Below, one piece after another: positions 20,806 to 28,711 of a stretch of 61,259 nucleotides of DNA. Within the stretch, counting starts at the first letter, position 1. Each line of letters starts with the position of its first letter. The position numbers and the translations under genes were made by a program. Source of the stretch: Akkermansiaceae bacterium. GTDB taxonomy: Bacteria > Verrucomicrobiota > Verrucomicrobiia > Verrucomicrobiales > Akkermansiaceae. Below the pieces are notes generated by a model that was not told the origin of the DNA, did no database searches, and was given only the letters and a program-made list of their open reading frames with translations. The stretch is taken from assembly GCA_047634075.1 (NCBI GenBank), contig JBLIDI010000001.1, positions 1 through 61,259 of the forward strand, read 5' to 3'.

Positions 20806-21132
20806 ATGAAATTACGAATTGTTGGTTTCGCGATTCTTTTAGTCTCGTGTCAGGAGGAAAAGATCGATTCAATTCTTCAAAAAAAATATGAGGAACAGGA
20901 GGTCTTGATCCAATCTAGCAGGAACGAACTGGAGTCTCTGCAGAAGAGGATTGCGGAGATCGAGATGCCCGACCCGACATCAGATCTAAAAGATCTCAAA
21001 ACCAAACTGGTGGCAGCTTCAACCCAAAAATCAGAGTTGGAACTGAAGATACGTGAACTCGAATCTGAGGCGGTAGCGGCTCAGAAAAAGCTCGAGGACT
21101 ACACGTTAAAATATCCTCTTAAAATTCAATAA
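20806..21132 (+). CDS. Small coiled-coil lipoprotein
   Basis: MKLRIVGFAILLVSC lipobox, followed by heptad-rich E/K/L sequence. Confidence 0.5.
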   Translation: MKLRIVGFAILLVSCQEEKIDSILQKKYEEQEVLIQSSRNELESLQKRIAEIEMPDPTSDLKDLKTKLVAASTQKSELELKIRELESEAVAAQKKLEDYTLKYPLKIQ

Positions 21133-21154
21133 TTTAGCCCAAATATCTTTCGTT

Positions 21155-22132
21155 ATGTTCAATGATTTTCATGAAAGCACCCGCAATGTCGGGATGGTAG
21201 GAGTTCTTCTTGGTTTTTTGGTGTTGGTGGGGTTTTGCGGCCTCGGAATGGCCGTCTTTAGCGGACTTAACAACAGCGATAAGGGCCCGTCTTTAGCGGT
21301 TAGAATTATCACTCAGGAAGGGGTGATTGAAGATCTCACTGACGATGTCCGCAAGAGAAGGGCTCGAATGGAAGAGTTCGAGGGGTTTCAAAGTGCCGGC
21401 AAACTGGCTGCGGTGAAACGAAAGGAAATTCTCGGGGAGGAAAATTTGATCGGTCGTCATCAGGAGAAGGTCGCCGACCTTCAAGATGAGGTTGAAGCAA
21501 AGGGGTTGAGCTTTGAGGAGTATCGCAATCACTATCGTCAGCGGGTGAGATCTCTTGCCAAGGGGGAACTTATTGATCTTTCCGAAACGAAAGGGGAAGG
21601 ATTTGAAGCGTGCAAGATTCTGGGTATCAGCCCGCTTCATCTGAGGGTGATGCGGAAGGCCGGTCCCATCGGAATCCCATACCAAGAGCTTCCCCGCAGG
21701 GTGCAGGATCGTTTCCAGTTTGGAGCCGAGGAAGCGGCGGATTACAAGCAGCGAGTGGCAGTCGTGGAGGCGAGAAAAGACAAGCAGATCGCGGCTTTCC
21801 GGGAGAAGCAAAAAGCGATGAAGGCGGACGATGCCGTCGCTGATTTGAAACGGCAGCTCAACGAAACAACCCTGGGGATCCAGCAGCAGGACAATCTCGC
21901 CATTAAACTGGATGCGGATGCCAAGCTTTGGGAAAACAAGGCGAAGGCACTGGATCGGAAGGCCGAGGCTGCGCGCAGCGCCGGGAGGATCACTTCCAAT
22001 CCGGGACATGCCAACCAGGCTCGAAATAAGGCCCGTGGTTTTAGGCGCCAAGCAGATGAAGCCAGGACAGCGGCCCGTAGCCTAGAAGCAAATTTGATCG
22101 AGCTTGATAACCTTCTTTTGGAAAAGGAATGA
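21155..22132 (+). CDS. Membrane-anchored coiled-coil protein (paralog of the next gene)
   Basis: N-terminal TM (VGMVGVLLGFLVLVGFCGLGMAVF), coiled coil, small central globular segment (..ACKILGISPLHLRVMRKAGPIGIPYQELP..), then a second coiled coil. Confidence 0.6.
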   Translation: MFNDFHESTRNVGMVGVLLGFLVLVGFCGLGMAVFSGLNNSDKGPSLAVRIITQEGVIEDLTDDVRKRRARMEEFEGFQSAGKLAAVKRKEILGEENLIGRHQEKVADLQDEVEAKGLSFEEYRNHYRQRVRSLAKGELIDLSETKGEGFEACKILGISPLHLRVMRKAGPIGIPYQELPRRVQDRFQFGAEEAADYKQRVAVVEARKDKQIAAFREKQKAMKADDAVADLKRQLNETTLGIQQQDNLAIKLDADAKLWENKAKALDRKAEAARSAGRITSNPGHANQARNKARGFRRQADEARTAARSLEANLIELDNLLLEKE

Positions 22133-23085
22133 GTGATTTCGCTCCTCGTTCTCGCGAGGTGGGAAGCCTGCTTTTCGGAGGTGGGGTTCTCCTCGTCTTC
22201 GGCGCGGTGGTCTTGTCCCTGATGGAATCGAGTTATTCCGGGGCGGCGGCATCTTCCAATGAGAATCAAGATCTGGAGGATTTGCTTGAGAGAGGTGAGT
22301 CACAGCTTGCCAAGGTGGGTGTTGAGATTGGGATCGAGCGGAAGAAGCTCGGACGGTGGGAGAAGCAGTTGGCTGCGGACCGCGAATATCGGCTGCTTGA
22401 AGACGCGCTGGGTCTGGCTTCCAGTAAGAATGCTGACCTTATTTTGGCAGTCTCGAAGGTGGAAGAAGAGATCGGGGATCTGGCCGCAAAGCGGGTTTCC
22501 TATCAGGGCAGGATGAGAGAGCGGCTGTGGCCCCAGTTCAGCAATCAGGAATTGAAGGAGGATTTCTTGTTGAGGTCCTCGGAGTTTAAGAATGCCATCA
22601 TTACTGGGGTTGATGCTGCGGGGCTGATGATCAGGCACCAAGGCGGGGTTGCCCGTATCCCGGTGGCCCATCTGTCCCTTGCGTTTCGCGAGAAACTTGA
22701 TCTGAATCTGGAGGAGGCCACGGAGATGATGTTGAAAATCTATTCCCGTGACGCGAAGCTGAGAAGGGGGCAGGAAGATCGCCGGGGTGAAGGGATTGAG
22801 ACGCCGGAAATGAAAGCGGATGCGAAGCGCGCCAAGACCTTGGCGGAGGGAAAGGAGAAGGTGGCCAAGCTCCTGAAATTGATTGCCTTTGCCGATGCCG
22901 AGGCGGCCAATGCCCGTTCCCAAGACCGCCGCTCCAGCAGTCGTTCTGCTCCGGGGAGCCTCGAGACATGGACTCAGCGGGCCAGCCGTTTTGAGCAAGT
23001 TGCGATGAGCTATCGGAACCAGTTTGCCGCGACGGTTCTCGCCCTGCGGAAAATGGACCCCGGTTACAAGGGGCCTCTCCGTTGA
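22129..23085 (+). CDS. Membrane-anchored coiled-coil protein (paralog of the previous gene)
   Basis: Its ATG overlaps the upstream TGA (ATGA at 22129-22132). Same layout: TM (LLFGGGVLLVFGAVVLSL), coiled coil, central segment (..NAIITGVDAAGLMIRHQGGVARIPVAHLS..), coiled coil. Confidence 0.6.
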   Translation: MSDFAPRSREVGSLLFGGGVLLVFGAVVLSLMESSYSGAAASSNENQDLEDLLERGESQLAKVGVEIGIERKKLGRWEKQLAADREYRLLEDALGLASSKNADLILAVSKVEEEIGDLAAKRVSYQGRMRERLWPQFSNQELKEDFLLRSSEFKNAIITGVDAAGLMIRHQGGVARIPVAHLSLAFREKLDLNLEEATEMMLKIYSRDAKLRRGQEDRRGEGIETPEMKADAKRAKTLAEGKEKVAKLLKLIAFADAEAANARSQDRRSSSRSAPGSLETWTQRASRFEQVAMSYRNQFAATVLALRKMDPGYKGPLR

Positions 23086-23127
23086 TTCCTCATCTTGAGT
23101 GATCCCCCATTAGGAAAAGGGGAGATC

Positions 23128-23283
23128 TTATGAGTCTTCCTGTGGTTCAGCGGGTGTTTCCTTGGGCGGTTGGTCGAGGCGCTCAAAGCGGGCCCCTTTG
23201 GAGCTATCCCAAAAGAAAAAGGCCGTGCCTCCAAAGACCACGACGATGGCGAGGGCAAATAGGAGGAGGAGGAAATTCTTCAT
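23128..23283 (-). CDS. Small single-pass membrane protein (weak)
   Basis: ATG at 23281-23283 gives MKNFLLLLFALAIVVVFGGTAFFFW followed by a polar tail. Confidence 0.3.
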   Translation of the reverse strand: MKNFLLLLFALAIVVVFGGTAFFFWDSSKGARFERLDQPPKETPAEPQEDS

Positions 23284-23376
23284 TGACGCGAAGGTAACGA
23301 AGTCCGGGCGGATGCAAAACAAAAAAGCCCCGTCACGATTTTTTGTGATGGAGCTCTTGCGAGAAGTTTAGGCGAC

Positions 23377-23937
23377 TTAGGCGCGTCCGAGGTAGCCGCA
23401 ATCCTTGGTGCTCACTTTAATGACGTCACCCTGCTTGACGAAGAGGGGGACTTGCACCGAGAGACCGGTTTCGAGGATGGCAGGCTTGGTGGGATTGTTG
23501 GCGGTATCGCCTTTGAGCCCTTCGGAGGTCTCGGCGATCATGAGTTCGACGTTGTCGGGAAGGTCGATGGAGACGGGATTATTCTCGATGAAGAGAATCT
23601 CGACGATCTGGCCTTCTTTGATGAAGTTCTTGGCGTCGCCTACGAATCCTTCGTCAATGCCGATGGATTCGAAAGAGACAGGGTCCATGAAGTGATAGGT
23701 GCCGGGCTCGGAGTAGGAGAACTCGAGCTTCTGACGGTCGGTATCGACAATGTCGACCTTTTCACTGGAAGCGAAGCGGATAGTTTTGGTCTTGCCGGTT
23801 TTGAAGGAGCGGATGGTCGCCGCGATGAGGGCGTTTCCTTTTCCGGGGGTGCGGTGGTCCAGGCCAAGAACGACGCCACGTTCACCTTCGTATTGAATAC
23901 ACTGCCCTTTTTTAAGATTGGTTGCGACGGTTGCCAT
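23377..23937 (-). CDS. efp: Translation elongation factor P
   Basis: 186 aa. The KGQCIQYEG...HRTPGKGNALIAATIRS loop carries the conserved Lys. EF-P collinearity runs to the C-terminus. Confidence 0.95.
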   Translation of the reverse strand: MATVATNLKKGQCIQYEGERGVVLGLDHRTPGKGNALIAATIRSFKTGKTKTIRFASSEKVDIVDTDRQKLEFSYSEPGTYHFMDPVSFESIGIDEGFVGDAKNFIKEGQIVEILFIENNPVSIDLPDNVELMIAETSEGLKGDTANNPTKPAILETGLSVQVPLFVKQGDVIKVSTKDCGYLGRA

Positions 23938-23993
23938 ATTGAAAAAAAGGGGTAGGCGAGAGTGGCCCCGTGGTCAAGCGGGGACTGTTGTCA

Positions 23994-24470
23994 TCAAAGA
24001 GCTTCGAACTTCCCGGCTTCCCGGTTTTTGCGGACCTGCCCGGCCTTGAAAACTCGGCCATTCATGGCGATATAAACGCCTTCGGGCATGCTCTGAAGAG
24101 CTCCGAGGGCGGTCCCAAGGTTAAAAATGGCATCGGTGATGCGAAAGCGGGAGGGTGCCATCGCTCCGGTGAGGACGATGACTTTTCCGGGGATTCCCCT
24201 GAGTTCATCAGCGGTGGTCGCCATGGTGTCGGTGCCATGGGTGATGAGGATCTGGCTTTGAACGGTTCTTTGACACGCCTCCCGAATGTCCTGTCGATCC
24301 TGAGCGGTGATTTCGAGACTGTCTTTCCGAAAGAGAGAGACGAGTTCGTAGTCGATATTTGCGCCCACATCTTCGAAAATGTGGGCAACGGTGGGTTCGC
24401 CAACTTCGAACTCGGAGGCGTCGTCAAAGTAGACTTTGTCGATCGTGCCACCGGTGGTGATGATGAGCAT
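23994..24470 (-). CDS. Short asparaginase-domain protein (N-terminal L-asparaginase-like domain only)
   Basis: ORF trimmed to ATG 24468-24470. MLIITTGGTIDK (catalytic Thr motif) and ILITHGTDTM motif. About 158 aa. Confidence 0.75.
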   Translation of the reverse strand: MLIITTGGTIDKVYFDDASEFEVGEPTVAHIFEDVGANIDYELVSLFRKDSLEITAQDRQDIREACQRTVQSQILITHGTDTMATTADELRGIPGKVIVLTGAMAPSRFRITDAIFNLGTALGALQSMPEGVYIAMNGRVFKAGQVRKNREAGKFEAL

Positions 24471-24761
24471 AGAGGTATTTTTTAGTTTCGGGGGAAGAGT
24501 TTCAGGATGGAGTTTTCTCCGGTCGGAGTCTGCCCGATTTCCCAGATGATGACTCCTGCCAGTTTCTCTTTTTCTTGTTTTTTGGCCGTTGGAGCAGTTG
24601 TGATACCTAATCCAGCGAGCCAGAGCAGCAAGGAGGAGATCATGATCCGAGTCATGGCACATACCCTAGGAGGGGTATGTCGCCCGTGAAGCTCAAATTT
24701 GCTTTATTTGCCCCCGATGGTTGAACAAACCCCGCCACAATTTTGGTATCAATTGCCTCCG

Positions 24762-26705
24762 ATGAAACTCCGCTCTCTCTTTTCCATCAGTCTGTCCTTG
24801 TCTCTTGTCTTCATGGGACTTCTTTCCGCTCAAAAAATGCCGCGCGAAGATGTCGTCGAGACGGCCGCAGCGGGAGATGGGCTTTGTGTCAGCAATGTCT
24901 TCCAAGCCAATATGGTCCTGCAGCGTGACAAGCCCCTTAAGATCTGGGGATGGGCTGCTGCGGGTGAGAAAGTGACGGTCTCATTTGGCGGGAAGTCTGC
25001 CGGGGCGACGGCAGATGCCCAGCGGGCCTGGGAGGTCACTCTTCCCGCCATGCCTGCAAATGGAGATTCTCAGGTTCTCACCGTGAAGGGGAAGAGTGGC
25101 TCATTGAAACTTGAGAATATTTTGCTCGGTGATGTTTGGCTGCTCGGTGGTCAAAGTAATATGGAGTTTGAGTTGGCGAAGGTGGACGACGGCATGATTG
25201 AGATTGCTTCGGCAAATTTCCCTGAGATCCGCTTGCTGACGGTGCCGTCGGGAAAGGGCTTTGATTCGGTCAAGAGTTTTGAGCGTCTGCACGAATGGAG
25301 TAGCTGGTCGAATCGTCATTTTCGTAAAGGCGATTGGGAAATTTGCACGCCGGAGACGGTATCTTCCTTTTCAGCAATCGGGTATGTCTTCGGGCGCCGG
25401 ATTCACATGGCCTCGCGGGTTCCAATTGGGTTGATCGATGCTTCCCAGGGCGGGACGACGGTTGAGGCGTGGACGCCGGAATCGGTCATCAAAGAAGTTC
25501 AAGGTGAGGAAACGCAAGCGATGCTCAAGGGGTGGGCGGATAAGATTGCCGCTTATGATCCGGAGGCTGATTTGGCGAAAGAAGTCGCTAAATATGAGCG
25601 CAAAAAGAAGGATGCGGCTAAAGAAGGGAAGCCCTTTCCTGACGACAGCAAGGCCCCTACCGAGCTCCGCCCTGGCCCCAAGGCCGATAAGAACCGCCCG
25701 GGAAATCGTTTTTCCAGTATGATTAAACCGCTTGAGGGCCTCTCCGTAAAAGGCGCGATTTTTCACCAGGGATTTAACAACTGCTTCAGTGGTTCTGCGG
25801 GAGCGCAGATGTATTATCAGGTTTTCGGTGAAATGGTCACGGCGTGGCGCTCAGCATTTGATGATCCCAAGATGCCCTTTGGGGTGATTTCGCTTTGCAC
25901 CACGAGCGCGCCTCAGACTCAGGAAAACTTTCTCGTTCCGATGAATGATGTCGGTCCCATGATTCGTGAGGCCCAGTATCAGACCTTTGTTGATTTCCAG
26001 AAAGCGGGTGATGACGCGATTGGTTTTGCGAGCACTTATGATTTTCGGAAGACCTGGTATCATCCTCAGATTAAGGTGCCAGCGGGTGAGCGAATCGCGA
26101 AATGGGCCCTCGTTCAAGAGTATGGCATGTCCAATGATTCCTCATACTGGTTGCCTCCGACGATTGAAAAAATGGAGGCGGGTGCAGGTTCCCTACGCCT
26201 GACAATGTCGACCCAGATCAGCACGAACGATGACAGCGATGGCAAGATGTTGGGCTTTGCGATTGCCGGTAAGGATAGGCGTTTTTATCAGGCCGAGACG
26301 AATTATGCGACCGATGGGGTCGACAGCCGGAACCGTCCCAAGACGATTAAGAACGTCCTGGTTTTGAGCAGTCCTCATGTCTCGGAGCCGAGGCATTACC
26401 GTTATGCTTGGGCACGGAATCCCATGTCTAATTTGACGAACTCGAAACAGATCCCTCTGGCGACCCAAAGAAGCGATGACTGGTTGAATGAGGAAACCCC
26501 TTTGATGTTCCCAGATGCGGCCAAAGAGGAAAATCAGCGGGCTTTGCAAAACCTCATTCGCAAGGAGATGCAGTTACTGGAGACCGGGCGTTTGATCAAA
26601 GATGCCGAGGCCACGGTGGCCGAGTTGAAGGAGAAATTCCTCGCGGATAAAGAAGCTTGGGAAAAGAGCAAGGCGAAGGAGATGGAGAAGCGGGCTACGA
26701 AGTGA
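24762..26705 (+). CDS. Sialate O-acetylesterase (SASA/SGNH-type) with C-terminal coiled-coil extension
   Basis: ORF trimmed to ATG 24762 (signal peptide). GDVWLLGGQSNMEF motif and the IDASQGGTTVEAW motif are typical of 9-O-acetylesterases. Confidence 0.85.
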   Translation: MKLRSLFSISLSLSLVFMGLLSAQKMPREDVVETAAAGDGLCVSNVFQANMVLQRDKPLKIWGWAAAGEKVTVSFGGKSAGATADAQRAWEVTLPAMPANGDSQVLTVKGKSGSLKLENILLGDVWLLGGQSNMEFELAKVDDGMIEIASANFPEIRLLTVPSGKGFDSVKSFERLHEWSSWSNRHFRKGDWEICTPETVSSFSAIGYVFGRRIHMASRVPIGLIDASQGGTTVEAWTPESVIKEVQGEETQAMLKGWADKIAAYDPEADLAKEVAKYERKKKDAAKEGKPFPDDSKAPTELRPGPKADKNRPGNRFSSMIKPLEGLSVKGAIFHQGFNNCFSGSAGAQMYYQVFGEMVTAWRSAFDDPKMPFGVISLCTTSAPQTQENFLVPMNDVGPMIREAQYQTFVDFQKAGDDAIGFASTYDFRKTWYHPQIKVPAGERIAKWALVQEYGMSNDSSYWLPPTIEKMEAGAGSLRLTMSTQISTNDDSDGKMLGFAIAGKDRRFYQAETNYATDGVDSRNRPKTIKNVLVLSSPHVSEPRHYRYAWARNPMSNLTNSKQIPLATQRSDDWLNEETPLMFPDAAKEENQRALQNLIRKEMQLLETGRLIKDAEATVAELKEKFLADKEAWEKSKAKEMEKRATK

Positions 26706-26753
26706 TTTGGTTTTAGCTAAGGGAACTTTGGAATGCGAGAGTGAGTTTTGGAT

Positions 26754-26852
26754 CTAGCGATCCAGCGGGATCGGGTCGGTGGGGAAAACCTTCGTGCCTT
26801 CCCAGATGACTTCCTTGGTTTTGAAATCGATTTTGGAAAGATCGCGGACCAT
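26754..26852 (-). pseudogene. Relic of a sulfatase gene 3' end (last ~32 codons only)
   Basis: The minus strand reads MVRDLSKIDFKTKEVIWEGTKVFPTDPIPLDR*. This is near-identical in pattern to the C-terminus of the sulfatase at 28712 (..YDFKTKEVIWEGQKVLPTDPIPMD*). The nucleotide similarity is visible by eye. Confidence 0.6.
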
Positions 26853-26857
26853 TGCGC

Positions 26858-27671
26858 TCATCCCCGAGTAGCGGGATTTGTGATCATAATTCTTGAGCCA
26901 TTCAAGTCGACCTTGGCCCATTCCGCGGCGATTTGGGCGCTCGGATAGACCGTGTCAGACATGCTTTTCATGGCGCCGACAGCAGCGTGCGGGTCGTCTT
27001 TGATCCAGGCCGCCAGGGCATAAAAGGTTGCGGCCATGATGGGGGAGCCAGGTTTGAATCCTTTGGCATATTCAAAGGCGGCCTCGGGATCTTTTTCAGC
27101 CCAGCCGCGGATGAGTCCGAAATGGCTCGTGCTATGTCCGCCTGCAAAGAGCGGAAGCGATTCTTCGAGGTAAGCGATTGCTGCCGCCGGGTCCAGCCGT
27201 CCCCATTCTTCCATGATCGAAGTGACCCCGGATTTCTTTAGAGCGGGATCGTCTTGTGAAGTGACGAAACTTTTCGCGGCCTCGAAGTCAGAACGAGCCC
27301 ATGCTTTCGCAAGTTTGCTGATGCTTTTCGGGCCTCTTAGTGAAGGGGCTGATTCGAACACTTGCCGCGTAATCGCAGGGTTCCGGATCAGTGTTTTGAA
27401 CATGGTGTGAGCCATCTCGTTCTATGTCAGTGAGTAGGAGGATCATTTCACGCTCGCGGTCACCGACCTTTGGCAGGGCCTGGGCGCTTTGGAGTCGCTC
27501 TGAGAAATCACGACCCGCAGAGCTCCGAGGATTTTTCGTGCGCTGGGTGCGCTGGCTGAGAGCAGGTTGTCCGTCCGCCTCCGGTTCCGGATTTTTGAAG
27601 GCTATTTTACCGGCAAAAATTCCGGCTCCGAAGATGAGAACGGCGAGGAGGGGGGGGGGGAGAGTTTTCAC
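26858..27671 (-). pseudogene. Membrane-anchored DPxxAAxxW-repeat (HEAT-like) protein, frame broken near 27415-27425
   Basis: ORF 27288..27671 gives an N-terminal anchor (MKTLPPPLLAVLIFGAGIFAGKIAF) and linker up to ..LLLTDIE. The repeat domain continues in another frame as ORF 26858..27415 (..LDPAAAIAYLEESLP..KDPEAAFEYAKG..). The paralog at 27741..28652 has both parts in one frame. Confidence 0.55.
27650..27661. repeat. Long G homopolymer (C run on the coding strand), ~11-12 nt
   Basis: Run of G directly after the start of the minus-strand gene, encoding the PPP in MKTLPPPLL. My manual count (12) and the ORF-track translation (11) differ by one. Confidence 0.6.
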
Positions 27672-27740
27672 GAGTTACTGCGATGGGATATTGATACCGG
27701 GTGGTCCGGTGTAAGGCTGGGGCACACCACCTTCGTCGTT

Positions 27741-28652
27741 CTAAATGCGTTGAAGGAGCTTTGTTTTTTCCGCTTCGGTGAGATTGTCTTGAGAGACCAT
27801 TTCTCTGGCGCCCTCGAAGTCGACTTGTGATTGGATGCGGCTCAGCACGTCGCCGGTCTTTCTCAATTGCAGGGAATGGTCCTCGATTTTCTGGCTCCAC
27901 TCGAAAGCGATCTGCGGCTGATCATAGAAGTTTTGCTTATCGATGTCCCGCGCAGCGGCACCTCGGAATTCTTCGGATGAAATCTTTGCAAAAAGTTCGG
28001 CAGTTTGGACAGGTGCGTATTTCGCGAGATTTGTAGTAGCTTGGCTCAAGGCATTGTCTTTGGCATGATCTGCTTCGAGAGAATCAAGCCATGCGATAAC
28101 TGCCTGCGGATCTTTCCTGGCCCAGCGCCCCGCAATTTGGCCGGCGGCATTCATCAAGTTTGCGCCGGGAAGATCTGGATGAGATGGCCACGAGAGCATT
28201 TGCTTGTAAAGTTCCGCTGCCTGGGACGGATGTTCGCGGGCCAAGTCGATCAAAGTGTCATTGCTGGCTGAGATTTGCTTGTGTGGACCCCGTGATTTGA
28301 GCCATCTCTCGGCGGCTTCGGAATCGTGAAGAATCCAATCACCGGCGTGGCTTAGAACCCTGGCCTCTGCTGCGGAAGCAGGATCACTTTGAGACCCAGT
28401 GGCTTCGATGGTTCCTTTTGCGTATTCTTTTAAGTCAGGGTCCTTTTTGGCCCAATTTGAAATGAGAGAGGCGATGGTGTTGAGTTGACGGGAGAGGTCC
28501 CGGGATGTGGAGGTTTTCTTGGTGATGGTGCGGGTGGAATTCGAAGAGGTGTCGGGATCAGGTGATTGCGAAATCGGGAAGAGAAGTCTTCCTGACATCA
28601 TGCCTCCCGCAAAGAGGGCGATCGCGGAAAGGGTGAGGAGGGGCTTGGTCAT
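27741..28652 (-). CDS. Membrane-anchored DPxxAAxxW-repeat (HEAT-like) protein
   Basis: ORF trimmed to ATG 28650-28652 (MTKPLLTLSAIALFAGGMMSG). Repeats include KKDPDLKEYAKG, HDSEAAERWLKS and KDPQAVIAWLDSLEAD. Confidence 0.65.
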   Translation of the reverse strand: MTKPLLTLSAIALFAGGMMSGRLLFPISQSPDPDTSSNSTRTITKKTSTSRDLSRQLNTIASLISNWAKKDPDLKEYAKGTIEATGSQSDPASAAEARVLSHAGDWILHDSEAAERWLKSRGPHKQISASNDTLIDLAREHPSQAAELYKQMLSWPSHPDLPGANLMNAAGQIAGRWARKDPQAVIAWLDSLEADHAKDNALSQATTNLAKYAPVQTAELFAKISSEEFRGAAARDIDKQNFYDQPQIAFEWSQKIEDHSLQLRKTGDVLSRIQSQVDFEGAREMVSQDNLTEAEKTKLLQRI

Positions 28653-28711
28653 TTTTTGATCGGAAGGTAGGGCGATCCAGAGGCCTAGTTTATTCAGAAT
28701 GAATTCGTTTA

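Noticed and set aside
24471-24662. 64-codon upstream extension of the asparaginase-like ORF
   Set aside because: Arg/His-rich with no family similarity. The conserved TTGGTIDK motif sits right after the internal ATG at 24470, as in homologs.
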